Below, one piece after another: positions 48,651 through 61,304 of a stretch of DNA of 64,000 nt. The notes under the pieces were generated by a model, which was not told the DNA's origin, did no database searches, and worked only from the letters and a program-made list of their open reading frames with translations. The stretch's first letter is position 1; every line of letters begins with the position of its first letter. Source of the stretch: Squalus acanthias (taxonomy: Eukaryota); the NCBI GenBank assembly GCA_030390025.1, contig JASTWF010000259.1, forward strand, positions 310,001 to 374,000, in the 5' to 3' direction. The position numbers and the translations under genes were made by a program.

Positions 48651-48929
48651 AACATATCACAGCTTGTATTTTAAAATGTTGCCATTAAGCTCAGTGTGTC
48701 TAAAGTTCAGGGCCTGAGCCCAGTCTTACACCGATCCGTTTAATTGTCAGGGCCTGGTTCTCTTATCTTGCCTGGGATGTTATTCCCGCACTGTTGTAAC
48801 AGTGCACGGGATTTCCACTGTGTCCATATAAAAGTGTCAGAGGTTCCGCAAAGGAACATCTGGGAGTGCCCGAGGCAGAAGGACTCACAGAACTTGAGTT
48901 TTACTCTGCGTGAGGTTCACCGTCAGAGC

Positions 48930-49410
48930 AGCTGGAAGCTGGGATTGTTCTCCTTAGAGCCGAGAATGTTCAGGGGAGATTTAATAGATGTGTTCAAAAT
49001 TATGAAGGGTTTAGATAGAGAAAATAAAGAGAAACAGTTTCCAATGGCTGAAGGGTCGATAACCGGAAGGCACAGATTTAAGGTGATTGGAGAAAGAACC
49101 AGAGGCGATATGAGGAAAAACGTCTTTACACAACGAGTGGTTGGGATTTGGAATGTACTGCCTGATAGGCTGGTGGATACAGATTCAATAATAACCTTCA
49201 AAATGGAATTGGATAAAAACTTGAAGGAAAAAATATTCAGGGATATGGGGAAAGAGCGGGGTGGGCGGGGTGAGATTAACTGCATTGCTCTTTTAAAGAG
49301 CCAGCACAGACTCAATGGGCTGAATTGCCTCCTTCTGTGCTGTGTTAGTCTATGATTCTATGGAACTGTTTCCACTGGTAGAAGGGTCAGTAAATAGAGG
49401 GCACAGATTT
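48930..49410 (+). mobile_element. CR1 LINE 3' fragment
   Basis: KLGLFSLEPRMFRGDLIDVFKIMKG...FTQRVV. Confidence 0.88.
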
Positions 49411-50230
49411 ATCAGCTATTACTGCACAAGACCATGTCTCAGTTTATATTACAGTCGGCCCTGTCTCTGTTTATATTACTGCACAAGACCATGTCTCAGT
49501 TTATATTACACTAGACCCTGTCTCTTTTTATATTACACTAGACCCTTTCTCTGTTTATATTACACTAGACCCTGTCTCTGTTTGTATTACACTCGACCCT
49601 GTCTCTGTTTATATTACACTAGACCCTGTCTCTGTTTATATTACACTAGACCCTGTCTCTGCTTATATTACACTAGACTCTGCCACTGCTTATATTACAC
49701 TAGACTCTGTCACTGTTTATATTACACTAGACCCTGTCTCTGTTTATATTACACTAGACCCTGTCTCTGTTTATACTACACAAGGCCCTGTCTCTGCTTA
49801 TATTACACTAGACTCTGTCACTGTTTATATTACACTAGACCCTGTCTCTGTTTATATTATACTAGACCCTGTCTCTGTTTATATTACACTAGACTCTGTC
49901 TCTGTTTATATTACACTAGACCCTGTCTCTGTTTATATTACACTAGACCCTGTCTCTGTTTATATTACACTAGACCCTGTCTCTGTTTATATTACACTAG
50001 ACCCTATCTCTGTTTATATTACACTAGACCCTATCTCTGTTTATATTACACTAGACCCTATCTCTGTTTATATTACACTAGACCCTGTCTCTGTTTATAT
50101 TACACTAGACTCTCTCTCAGTTTATGTTACACTAGACCCTGTCTCAGTTATTACAGCACTAGACCCTGTCTCTGTTTACATTACACTAGACCATGTCTGC
50201 GTTATTACTGTTATGGACCATTTCTCTGTT
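49410..50230 (+). repeat. 27-bp minisatellite
   Basis: Same unit as 36025-39400. Confidence 0.96.
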
Positions 50231-51329
50231 AGATGGATAGACAGGTATTAATAAAGATAAAATACATATATGTGATGTAAGCAATTAGGGGACCAAGTGA
50301 TATACAAGGTCGACGCTTAGCTGCACTACAGATGACAGACTTCGAGTGATGGTTCAAAACGGTCTTTATTCACAGGCCTGGGCAGAACCTTCTTGGATCC
50401 GACTCCAACGACAGCTTAGTAAATTACATTTTTATACATAATCTTATCAGTCTCATCCTGCCCTAGGGGCGGGTACAAATTTATCCATCATGGTGTCTAG
50501 TATTCCATTATATCCATTACTTCTACCGCGTGACATTTTTACGCTTTCTTCCCACATTCTGCAGTCAATCATGTTTTTGCTTAATTGACTTATCCCAACC
50601 CCTCTATCATCGTGGCCTTCTTTCTTATCTATTCGTGTAGTCTGAGAGTCACAATCTCTTCAAAACACAGATTCTGACCTTGTGACCTGCTCATGTACTT
50701 CTGCAAAGCAAGCATAGTATAATTAGTTCAACCTTGACTTCGATGTAAGCCATTTTGTCTTCTGGCCAGCCATGTTGTAGCTTCACAAACAAGCGAAGGC
50801 CACCTCAGGCCACATCGTCACTCAATCCTTATGTATGTTATCTTGTATGCGTGTTATCCTGCCTTGCTGAGTAGGTATCCTCCCTAATTTTCCCACGAGT
50901 CATACTCTGCAGCTGACTCTGCAGTTTAATTTCCCACCATCTTAGTCTTGTCTAATGAATACAGACCTGTCTACCGTTTAACTCAGGGCATGGATTAATT
51001 TGCCACCTCCACCCTGTACATTGATGCTATGTTATACATATTCTAACATTAACCTAAAGTATGATATTAATTTTGGTTACTGCAATATGTGAGTGGGTGG
51101 GAGGATGCAATCATTTATGGTTGGAAGCATAAGTTTATTGTTGTTAATAGCTATCAGCAGCTGTGTGTAATTTCTAATTGATCGGGTATTTTGTCGGTAA
51201 TATTTGTGTTGAAATGATGGGGTGAATCTTGTGACAAGCTCCCAGAGAAGAGCTGGGATTGAGGGACAGGACTAAAGGTGAGCAATAGTGCACTGCACTT
51301 TGATCTACTTAGTGGCAAGCGCTGTTGTG

Positions 51330-51950
51330 TTAAAGATTACTTTATTTTTCCTGCAGTATTTTCTATTGATCTTTCGCGGGACCCACTGATTGTGTGACAG
51401 AGCCTGGAACCGTGACCTCACAGCACCGGCGTATGGGCTGCCGCGGGGTCCTAATGTCCACCGTTTCAAAATCTCTCATCTGGTTAAGAGGAACAACTGA
51501 ATAGAGCGCACACAAGAAGTGTTTGCTGTATATATGTGTGATGTGTGTGTGTGTGTGTATACAAAACACATTTTTGTCAATGTTTGCAAGTGCATTCCAC
51601 AAAAAATGATTATGTTCACCAGTTATTTTTCACCATTTTATTTTATTTTATTCAAAATGTAATTTCTGATCGTTTAATTCCTTCAAATTTTATTGATAAC
51701 ACATTCTCTGAGTGCTCTTGTTTAGAAAGTGATGTCACAATGACCATTCCGTTACCATGGTGAGCCTGTCTGTCCGCAGTATTCAGTTGGGAAGGGAATG
51801 AAATCACACCGAGGATAATGAGCAGCCACCCACCAGTCTCTGTGGTTTATTGTCCAGTGATCACCTCAACATCACACAGAATCTCCTGATATATACCTCG
51901 AGTGTGTAATAACGTTGTGCAATTGATGGTCAAAATAAAAATGTACCTAT
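51330..51950. repeat. segmental duplication block A, copy 2
   Basis: Paralogous to 39480-40085. Confidence 0.92.
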
Positions 51951-51979
51951 CCCTGTTTCCCTCTACACTGTCCCATCAG

Positions 51980-52908
51980 ATCAAAGCTCTGCAGTCCTGC
52001 CACATCCAGCCGTGAATGGTGGTGGACCATTAAACAACTAACGGGAGGAGGAGGCCCCAGGAATGTCCCCATCCTCAATGATGGTGGAGCCCAGCACACG
52101 AGTGCAAAAGTGTTTGCAGCCATCTTCAGCCAGAAATGCCAAGTGGATGATCGACATCGGCCGACTCCTGAGGTCCCCACCATCACAGAAGCCAGTCTTC
52201 AGCCAATTCGATTCACTCCACGTGATATCAAGAAACGTTTGAGCGCACTGGATTCAGCAAAGGCTATGGGCCCCAACAACATCCGGGCTATCGTGCTGAA
52301 AACTCGTGCTCCAGAACGAGCCGCGCCTCGAGCCAAGCTGCTCCAGTACAGCTACAACAATGGAATCTATCCGACAATGTGGAAAACTGCCCAGGTATGT
52401 CCTGTCCACAACAAGTAGGAATAATCCAATCTGGCCAATTACCGCCCGATCAGTCTACTCTCAATCATCATCAAAGTGATGGAAGGTGTCAACGACTGTG
52501 TTATCAAGCAGCACTTATTCACCAATAACCTGCTCACTGATGCCCAGTTTGGGTTCGGCCACGACCACTCAGCTCCCGACCTCATTACAATCTTGGTCCA
52601 AACATGGACAAAGGAGCTGAATTCCAGAGGTGAGGTGAGAGTAACTGCCCTTGACATCAAGGCAGCATTTAACCGAGTGTGGCATCAAGGAGCCCCAGTA
52701 AAACAGAAGTCAATGGGAATGGGGGGGGAAACGCTCCACTGGCTGGAGTCATACCAAGCACAAAGGAAGATGGTTGTGGTGATTGAAGGTCAATCATCAC
52801 AAACCCAGGACATCGCTGCAGGAGTTCCTCAGGGCAGTGACCTAAGCCCAACCATCTTCAGCTGCTTCATCAATGAACTTTCCTCCAACATAAGGTCAGA
52901 AATGGGGA
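51980..52908 (+). mobile_element. non-LTR retrotransposon RT fragment (CR1/L2 group, distinct family)
   Basis: KAMGP..I, NYRPISLLS, QFGF, ALDIKAAFNRVWH and GVPQGSDLSPTIF; internal stop. Confidence 0.88.
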
Positions 52909-55900
52909 CTGCACAGGTTAGATACAGAGTAAAGCTCACACTAAACTCTCCCATCAAAGACTCCCAGGCAGGTACAGCACGGCTTAGATACAGAGTGATT
53001 TTCCATCTACACTGTCCGACCAAACACGCCCAGTGCAGTTACATCACGGATTAGATACAAAGTAAAGCTCCCTATAAATTGTCCCACCACACATACCGAG
53101 GGCAGGGACAGCACGGGTTAGATACAGAGTAAAGCTCCCTCTACACGCTCACATCAAACACTCCCACGGCAGGGACAGCACAGGTTAGATTCAGAATAAA
53201 GCTCCCACTACACTGTCCCATAAAAGACTCCCAGTGCAGGTACTGCACGAATGGGATACAGAGTAAAACTTCCTTTACAATGTCCCATCAAATACCCAGG
53301 GCTGGTACAGTACAGGTTAGATACAGAGTAAAGCTCCCTCTACACTGTCCCATCTAACAAGCCATGTGCAGGTACAGCATGATTTAGAAATAGAATAAAG
53401 CTCCCTCTACACTGTCCCAACATACAGTCCCAGAGCAGGGACAGCAGGGGTCAGATACAGATTAAAGCTCCCTGTACACTCTCCCATCAAAAACTCCCAA
53501 GGCAGTTACACCACGGATTAGATACAGAGTAAAGCTCCCTCTACACTGTCCCATCAAACACTCCCAGGGCAGGTACAGCACGGTATCGATACAGAGTAAA
53601 GCTCCCTCTACACTGTCACATCAAACACAACCAGGGCAGGTCCAGCACGGGTTAGATACAGAGTAAAGCTCCCTCTACACTGACCCATCAAACACTTCGA
53701 GGGCAGGTACAGCATGGGTTAGATACAGAGTAAAGCTCGCTCTACACTGTCCCATTAAACACTCCAAGGGCAGGTACAGCACAGGTTAGATACAGAGTAA
53801 ATCTCCCTCTAAACTGTCCCATTAAACACTCCCGGTGCAGTTACAGTACAGGTTAGATACAGAGTAAAGATCCCTCTACATTGTACCATCAAACAGGCCG
53901 AGTGCAGGTACAGTCCGGGTTAGATGCAGAGTAAAGCTCCCTCTACACTGTCCCATCACACACTCCCGGGGCAGTGACAACACGGGTTAGCTACAAATTA
54001 AAGCTCCCCCTGCACTGTCGCATCACACATTCCCAGCCCAGGGACAGCAAGGTTTAGATACAGAGCAAAGCACCCTCCAAACTGACCCAACACACATACC
54101 CAAGGCAGGGACAGCACGAGTTAGATATTGAGTAAAGCTCGCTCTACAGTGTCCCATTACACACTCTCAGGGCAGGTACAGCACGGGTTAGATACAGAGT
54201 AAAGCTCCAACTACACTGTCCCATCAAACACTCTCCGGACAGGTACAGCACGGGGTAGATACAGAGTAAAGCTCGTTCTACACTGTACCATCAAACACTC
54301 CCAGGGCAGGTGCACTACAGGTTAGTTACAGAGTAAAGCTTCCTCTACACTTTCCCATGAAACACTCTCAGGGCAGGTACTGCATGGGTTAGATACATAG
54401 TAAAGCTCCCGCTACACTGTCATATCAAACACTCACAGGGCAGTACAGCACAGGTTATATACAGAGTTAAGCTCGCTATACACTGTCCCATCAACACTCC
54501 CAGGGCAGGGTACAGCACGGGTTTATACAGAGTAAAGCTCCCTCTAAACCTGTTCCATCAAACACTCCAGGGCAGGTAAAGCACGGGTTAGATACAGAGG
54601 TAAAGCTCCCATCACACTGTCCCCATCAAACCTCGCACGGCAGGGTACAGCACGATTGATACAGGAGACAGTTTTGTTTTACAATGGTCCCATCAAACAC
54701 ACCAGGATTGGTAAAGCATGGGGTTGATACAGAATAAAACTCCGTCTAAACCGTCGCATCACACAATCCCAGGGTCAAGGATAGCAAGGGATAGATACAG
54801 AGTAAAGCCTCCCTCTACGCTGTCCCATCAAACACTCCCAGGGCAGGTACAGCAAGGGGAGGATACAGAGTAAAGCTCCAACTGTACTGTCCCATCAAAA
54901 TCTCTCAGGGCAGGTACTGCATGAGTTATATACAGAGTAAAGCTCCCTCTACACTTTCCCACCCAACACTCCCAGGGCAGGTACATCACAGGTTAGATAC
55001 ATAGTAAAGCTCCCACTACACTGTCCCATCAGACGGTCTCAGGGCAGGTACTGCATGGGTTATATACAGAGTAAAGGTCCCTCTTTACTGTTCCATCACA
55101 CACTCCCATGGCAGATGCACTACAGGTTAGATCCAGAGTAAAGCTACCTCTACACTGTCCCATCAATGATTCAGAGGGCTGGTACAGCAAGGGTTATATA
55201 CAGAGTAATGCTCCCTCTACACTGTCCCATCAATGATTCAGAGGGCTGGTACAGCAAGGGTTATATACAGAGTAATGCTCCCTCTACACTGTCCCAACAA
55301 TGATTCACGGGGCAGGTACTGCAAGGTTTATATACAGAGTAAAGGTCCCACTACACTGTCCCACCAAACACTCTCAGATCAGGTACTGCATGGGTTAGAT
55401 ACAGAGTAAAGCTCCCTCTGCACTGTCCCATCAAACACTCTCAGGGCAGGTACTGCATGGGTTAGATACAGAGTAAAGCTTCCTCTACACTGTCCCATCA
55501 AAAATTCCCAAGGCAGGTACAGCACGGATTGATACAGAGTCAAGCTTTCTTTACAATGTCCCAGGACAGGTAATGCAAGAGTTAGATACAGAGTAAAGCT
55601 CACTCTATACTGTCCCATCAAACAATCCCAGGGCAGGTGCACTACACGTTAGATACAGAATAAAGCTCCCTCTGCACTGTCCCATCAAACACACCCAGGA
55701 CAGGTAAAGCATGGGTTAGATACAGAATAAAGCTCCCTCTAAACTGTTGTGTCACATAATCCCAGGTCAGGGATAGCAAGGGTTACATACATAAAGCTGA
55801 CTCTACACTGTCCCATCAAACATTGACAGGGCAGGTACTGGTCGGGATAGATACAGAGTAAATCTCCCTCTACACTGTCCCATTAAACACTCCCGGTGCA

Positions 55901-58900
55901 GTTACAGTACAGGTTAGATACAGAGTAAAGATCCCTCTACACTGTCCCATCACACACTCCCGGGGCAGTGACAACACGGGTTAGCTACAAATTAAAGCTC
56001 CCCCTGCACTGTCGCATCACACATTCCCAGCCCAGGGACAGCAAGGTTTAGATACAGAGCAAAGCACCCTCCAAACTGACCCAACACACATACCCAAGGC
56101 AGGGACAGCACGAGTTAGATATTGAGTAAAGCTCGCTCTACAGTGTCCCATTACACACTCTCAGGGCAGGTACAGCACGGGTTAGATACAGAGTAAAGCT
56201 CCAACTACACTGTCCCATCAAACACTCTCCGGACAGGTACAGCACGGGGTAGATACAGAGTAAAGCTCGTTCTACACTGTACCATCAAACACTCCCAGGG
56301 CAGGTGCACTACAGGTTAGATACAGAGTAAAGCTCCCTCTGCACTGTCCCATCAAACACACCCAGGACAGGTAAAGCATGGGTTAGATACAGAATAAAGC
56401 TCCCTCTAAACTGTTGTGTCACATAATCCCAGGTCAGGGATAGCAAGGGTTACATACATAAAGCTGACTCTACACTGTCCCATCAAACATTGACAGGGCA
56501 GGTACTGGTCGGGATAGATACAGAGCAAAGCTCCCTCTACAATGTCCCATCAAACACTCCCACGGCAGGTACAGCACCGGTGAGATACAGAATAAAGCCC
56601 ACTCTATACTGTCTCATCAAACACTCCCATGGACGATACTGCACGGGTTAGATACAGAGTAAAGCTCCCTCTTCACTGTCCCACCAAACACTCCCAAGGC
56701 AGCTACAGCAAGGGCAGGATACAGAGTAAAGCTCCAACTATACTGTCCTCTCGAATTCTCTCAGGGCAGGTACTGCATGGGTTAGATACAGAGTAAAGCT
56801 CCCTCTACACTGTCACATCAAACACTCTTAGGGCAGGTACTGCATGGGTAATATACAGAGTAAAGCTCCCTCTTCTCTGTCCCATCCAACACTCCCAGGG
56901 CAGGTACAGCACGGGTTAGATACAGAGTTAAGCTCCCTCTAAACTGAGCAATTAAATACTCCCAGGGCAGGTACTGCACGAGTTAGATACAGAGTAAAGC
57001 TCCCTCTACACTGTCCCATCAAACACTCCCAAGGCAGGTACAGCACGGGTACGATACAAAGTAAAGCTCCCTCTAAACTGAGCCATTAAATACTCCCAGG
57101 GCAGGTACAGTACGATTTAGATACAGAGTAAAGCTTTCTTTACAATGTCCCTTCAAACACACCCAGGGCTGGGACAGCAGGTGTTAGCTACAGAATATAG
57201 CTCCATCTACACTTTCCCATCCAACATTCCAACGTCAAAGACAGCAAGGGTTCGATACAGAGTAAAGCTTCCTCCACACTTTCCCATGAAACACTCTCAG
57301 GGCAGGTACTGCATGGGTTAGATACAGAGTAAAGCTCTCCCAACACTGTCACATCCAAAACTCCCAGGGCAGGTACAGCACCTATTAGACACAAAGTAAA
57401 GCTTGCTCTACACTGTTCCATCAAACTTTCCCAGGGCAGGTACAGCACTGGTTAGATACAGAGATAAGCTCCCTCTACACTCTCCCATCAAACACACCCA
57501 GGGCAGGTACAGCACGGGTTAGATACAGAGTAAAGCTCCCTCTGGATCAGTAAATTTGCTGATGACACCAAGATTGGTGGAGTAGTGGATGAGGTGGAGG
57601 GCTGTTGTAGGCTGCAAAGAGACATTGATGGGATGCAGAGCTGGGCCGAAAAATGGCAGATGGAATTTAACCCTGATAAGTGCGAGGTGATTCATTTTGG
57701 TAGGGCAAATTTGAATAAGGATTACAGGGTCAACGGCAGGGTTCTGAGGAACGTGGAGGAACAGAGGGATCTGGGGGTTCATATCCACAGATCTCTGAAG
57801 GTTGCCACTCAAGTGGTAAGAGCAGTAAAGAAGGCCTATAGTGTGTTAGCGTTTATTAACAAGGGGTTTGAGTTTAAGAACCGTGAGGTTATGCTACAAC
57901 TGTACAGGACCTTGGTGAGACCACATTTGGAATATTGTGTGCAGTTCTGGTCGCCTCACTATAGGAAGGACGTGGAAGCATTGGAGAGGGTGCAAAGGAG
58001 ATTTACCAGGATGCTGCCTGGTTTGGGGGGGAGGTCTTATGAGGAAAGATTGAGGGAGTTAGGGCTTTTCTCTTTGGAGCGGAGGAGGATGAGAGGCGAC
58101 TTAATAGAGGTTTATAAGATGATGAGGGGGATAGATAGAGTGGATGTTCAGAGACTATTTCCTCGGGTGGATGTAGCTGTTACAAGGGGGCATAACTATA
58201 AGGTGCATGGGGGGAGATATAGAAGGGATGTCCGAGGTAGATTCTTTACTCAGAGAGTGGTTGGGGTGTGGAATGGACTGCCTGCTGTGATAGTGGAGTC
58301 GGACACTTTAGGAACTTTCAAGCGGTTATTGGATAAGCACATGGAGCACACCAGAATGATAGGGAGTGGGATAGCTTGATCTTGGTTTCGGACAATGCTC
58401 GGCACAACATCGAGGGCCGAAGGGCCTGTACTGTGCTGTACTGTTCTATGTATCTATGTAAACTGTTCCATCAAACACTCCCAGGGCAGGTCAAGCACGG
58501 GTTAGATACAGATTAAAGCTCCCTCTACACTGTCAAATCAAACACTCGCACGGCAGGTACAGCACGGGTTAGATACAGAGTAAAGCCCCCTCTAAACCAT
58601 CGCATCAGACACTCCCAGGGCAGATGCACTACAGGTTAGATACAGAGTAAAGCTAACTCTTTACTGCTCCATCACACATACTCAGGGCAGGTTAGATACA
58701 GAGTAATGCTCGCTCTACACTGTTCCATCAATGATTCAGAGGGCTGGTACAGCAAGGGTTAGATACAGAGTAAAGCTGCCTCTACACTGTCCCATCCAAC
58801 ACTCCCAGGGCAGGTACAGCACTGGTTAGATACATAGTAAAGCTCCCTCTACACTGTCATATCAAACACTCACAGGGCAGGTACAGCGCAGGTTAGATAC

Positions 58901-60210
58901 AGAGTAAAGCTCCCTCTACACTGCTCCATCAAATACGCCACGGCAGGTACAGCACGGGTTAGATACAGAGTAAAGCTCCCTCTAAACTGCTCCATCAAAC
59001 ACTCCCTGGGCAGGTACAGCGCGGGTTAGATACAGAGTAAACTCCCTCTACACTGTCCCATCAAACACTCGCACGGCAGGTACAGCACGGGTTAGATACA
59101 GAATAAAGCTTACTCTGCACTGTCCGGTCAAACACTCCCAGGGCAGGTACAGCACGAAGTATATACAGAGCAAAGCTTCCTTTACAATGCCATTCAAACA
59201 GACCCAAGGCAGGGAAAGCACGGGTTGTCTACAGTATACAGCTCCATCTACACTTTCCTATCCCACATTCCAAGGTCAGGTACTGCATGGGTTAGATACA
59301 GAGTAATGGTTACTCGACACTGTCCCATCAAACATTCACAGGGCAGGTACTGAACGGGGCAGATACAGAGTAAAGCTCCCTCTACACTGTCCCATCAAAC
59401 ACTCCCAGGGCAGGTACAGCACGGGTTAGATCCAGAGTAAAGCTTCCTCTGCACTGCCCCATCAAACACTCCCAGGCCAGGTACAGCACGGGCTAGATCC
59501 AGAGTAAAGCTTCCTCTACACTGTCCCATCAAACGCTCTCAGGGAAGGTACAGCACGGGATATATACAGAGTAATGCTCCCTCTACACTGTCCCATCAAA
59601 CACTCCCACGGCAGGGACAGCACGGGCTAGAACCAGGGTAAAGCTCCCTGTACACTGTCCCATCAAACACTCCCAGGGCAGGTACAGCACGGGTTAGATC
59701 CAGAGTAAATCTTCCTCTACACTGTCCCATCAAACACTCCCAGGGCAGGTACAGCACGGATTGATACAGAGTCAAGCTTTCTTTACAATGTCCCATCAAA
59801 CACACCCAGGACAGGTACAGCACAGGTTAGACACAAAATAAAGCTCCCTCTAAACTGTTGTGTCACATAATCCCAGGTCAGGGATAGCAAGGGTTACATA
59901 CAGAGTAAAGCTGACTCTACACTGTCCCATCAAACATTGACAGGGCAGGTACAGCACGGGCTAGATCCAGAGTAAAGCTTCCTCTACATTGTCCCATCAA
60001 ACGCTCTCAGGGCAGGTACAGCACGGGATATATACAGAGCAATGCTCCCTCTACACTGTCCCATCAAACACTCCCACGGCAGGGACAGCACGGGTTAGAT
60101 ACAGAGTAAAGCTCACTCTATACTGTCCCATCAAACAATCCCAGGGCAGGTGCACTACACGTTAGATACAGAATAAAGCTCCCTCTACAGTGTGCCATCA
60201 AACATTCCCA
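52909..60210 (+). repeat. 67-bp satellite array
   Basis: Tandem units, interrupted by a CR1 at 57544-58459. Confidence 0.96.
57544..58459 (+). mobile_element. 5'-truncated young CR1 LINE
   Basis: ISKFADDTK followed by an open 264-aa frame, inserted inside a satellite unit. Confidence 0.96.
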
Positions 60211-61240
60211 GTTTATCTAATGTATAGGATACATTTTATATTAAAGCTCTCTCTGCGCACTCCAATCAATTTGGTTCGAGGCCTATGAATAGGGTTGAGG
60301 GATCACTTTTGTGAGACATTGACATCTTGTTTTGGAGTAAAGACAATGATCCATTCTTGAGAGGCAAGGCAGAAGGTGGAAATAGGAGAGAGAGGCAGAG
60401 AGGGAGAGGATACAGGAAATCTCCACACATACATTTGTGATGTCACTATGTACGGTGACTTGTGGGAATCTTTCCCCATTCTGAACATGGATTTAATCTT
60501 TACTTTTTTCTCCTATAACTTAGAGAAATGTCCCAAAAACAATTGTTGCTGGAATTCGTTGAGACATTTGCATTTCTCTCTTTATTTCTGTTCTATGTTG
60601 GTGGGGAAACATTTATTGTGTTTCTGTCGCTCAATACTCTAATCTGGGACTTTTATTTCTGTGTTTATTTACATAAACGCCTCACTGGTTTCCATGAAGT
60701 GTTCATGGCAGCAAAACCAGATCAACAAAGTCACTAATTGATTCGTTTCAACTCACAACAAGGGTTTATTTTAAGAATATTGACATTTGGTACAAAATGA
60801 ATAGAAATATCTCGAAACAGTGACATTGGATTCAGTTTTGTTCAATTAAAACAGATGTGATTTATAACTGAGGAAAAAATATTAAAATTAAGAATTCAGT
60901 TCTGAAAGTTCTGCTGCTGAAATCAATGGGACATCTCTGAACAGGCTGGTGTTCCACTGGATGTCCATTTAGTGGAAGCTTCAACCCATTGAAATGTTGA
61001 CATTTTAAAAGAACTTGCATTTATATAGCGCCTTTCACTTCCTCAGGACGTCCCAAAGCGCTTTACAGACAATGAAGAACTTTGGAAGTATAGTCACTGT
61101 TGTAAAGTAGGAAATGCTGCAGCCAATTTGCGCACAGCAAGCTCCCACAAACAGTAAGGCGATATTGACCAAAATATCTGTGTTTAGTGATTATGGTTGA
61201 TGGATAAATATTCATCAACATACCAGGGCGAACTCCACCG
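60210..61240. repeat. segmental duplication block B, copy 2
   Basis: Paralogous to 46735-47860. Confidence 0.95.
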
Positions 61241-61304
61241 CTGTTATAGAGTCATAGATTCATACAGACATAACGGCACAAAAAGAGGCCATTCGGCCCA
61301 TCAA

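Noticed and set aside
38232-50232. Cys/Tyr-rich ORFs (YYTRPCLCL)n resembling keratin-associated or metallothionein-like proteins
   Set aside because: Frame artefact of a 27-bp (9-codon) minisatellite that also occurs in reverse orientation and is interrupted by LINEs
50270-50945. Possible solo LTR (also ~2750-3290)
   Set aside because: Minus-strand AATAAA and TG-start only; no second copy, PBS/PPT or TSD that I could verify
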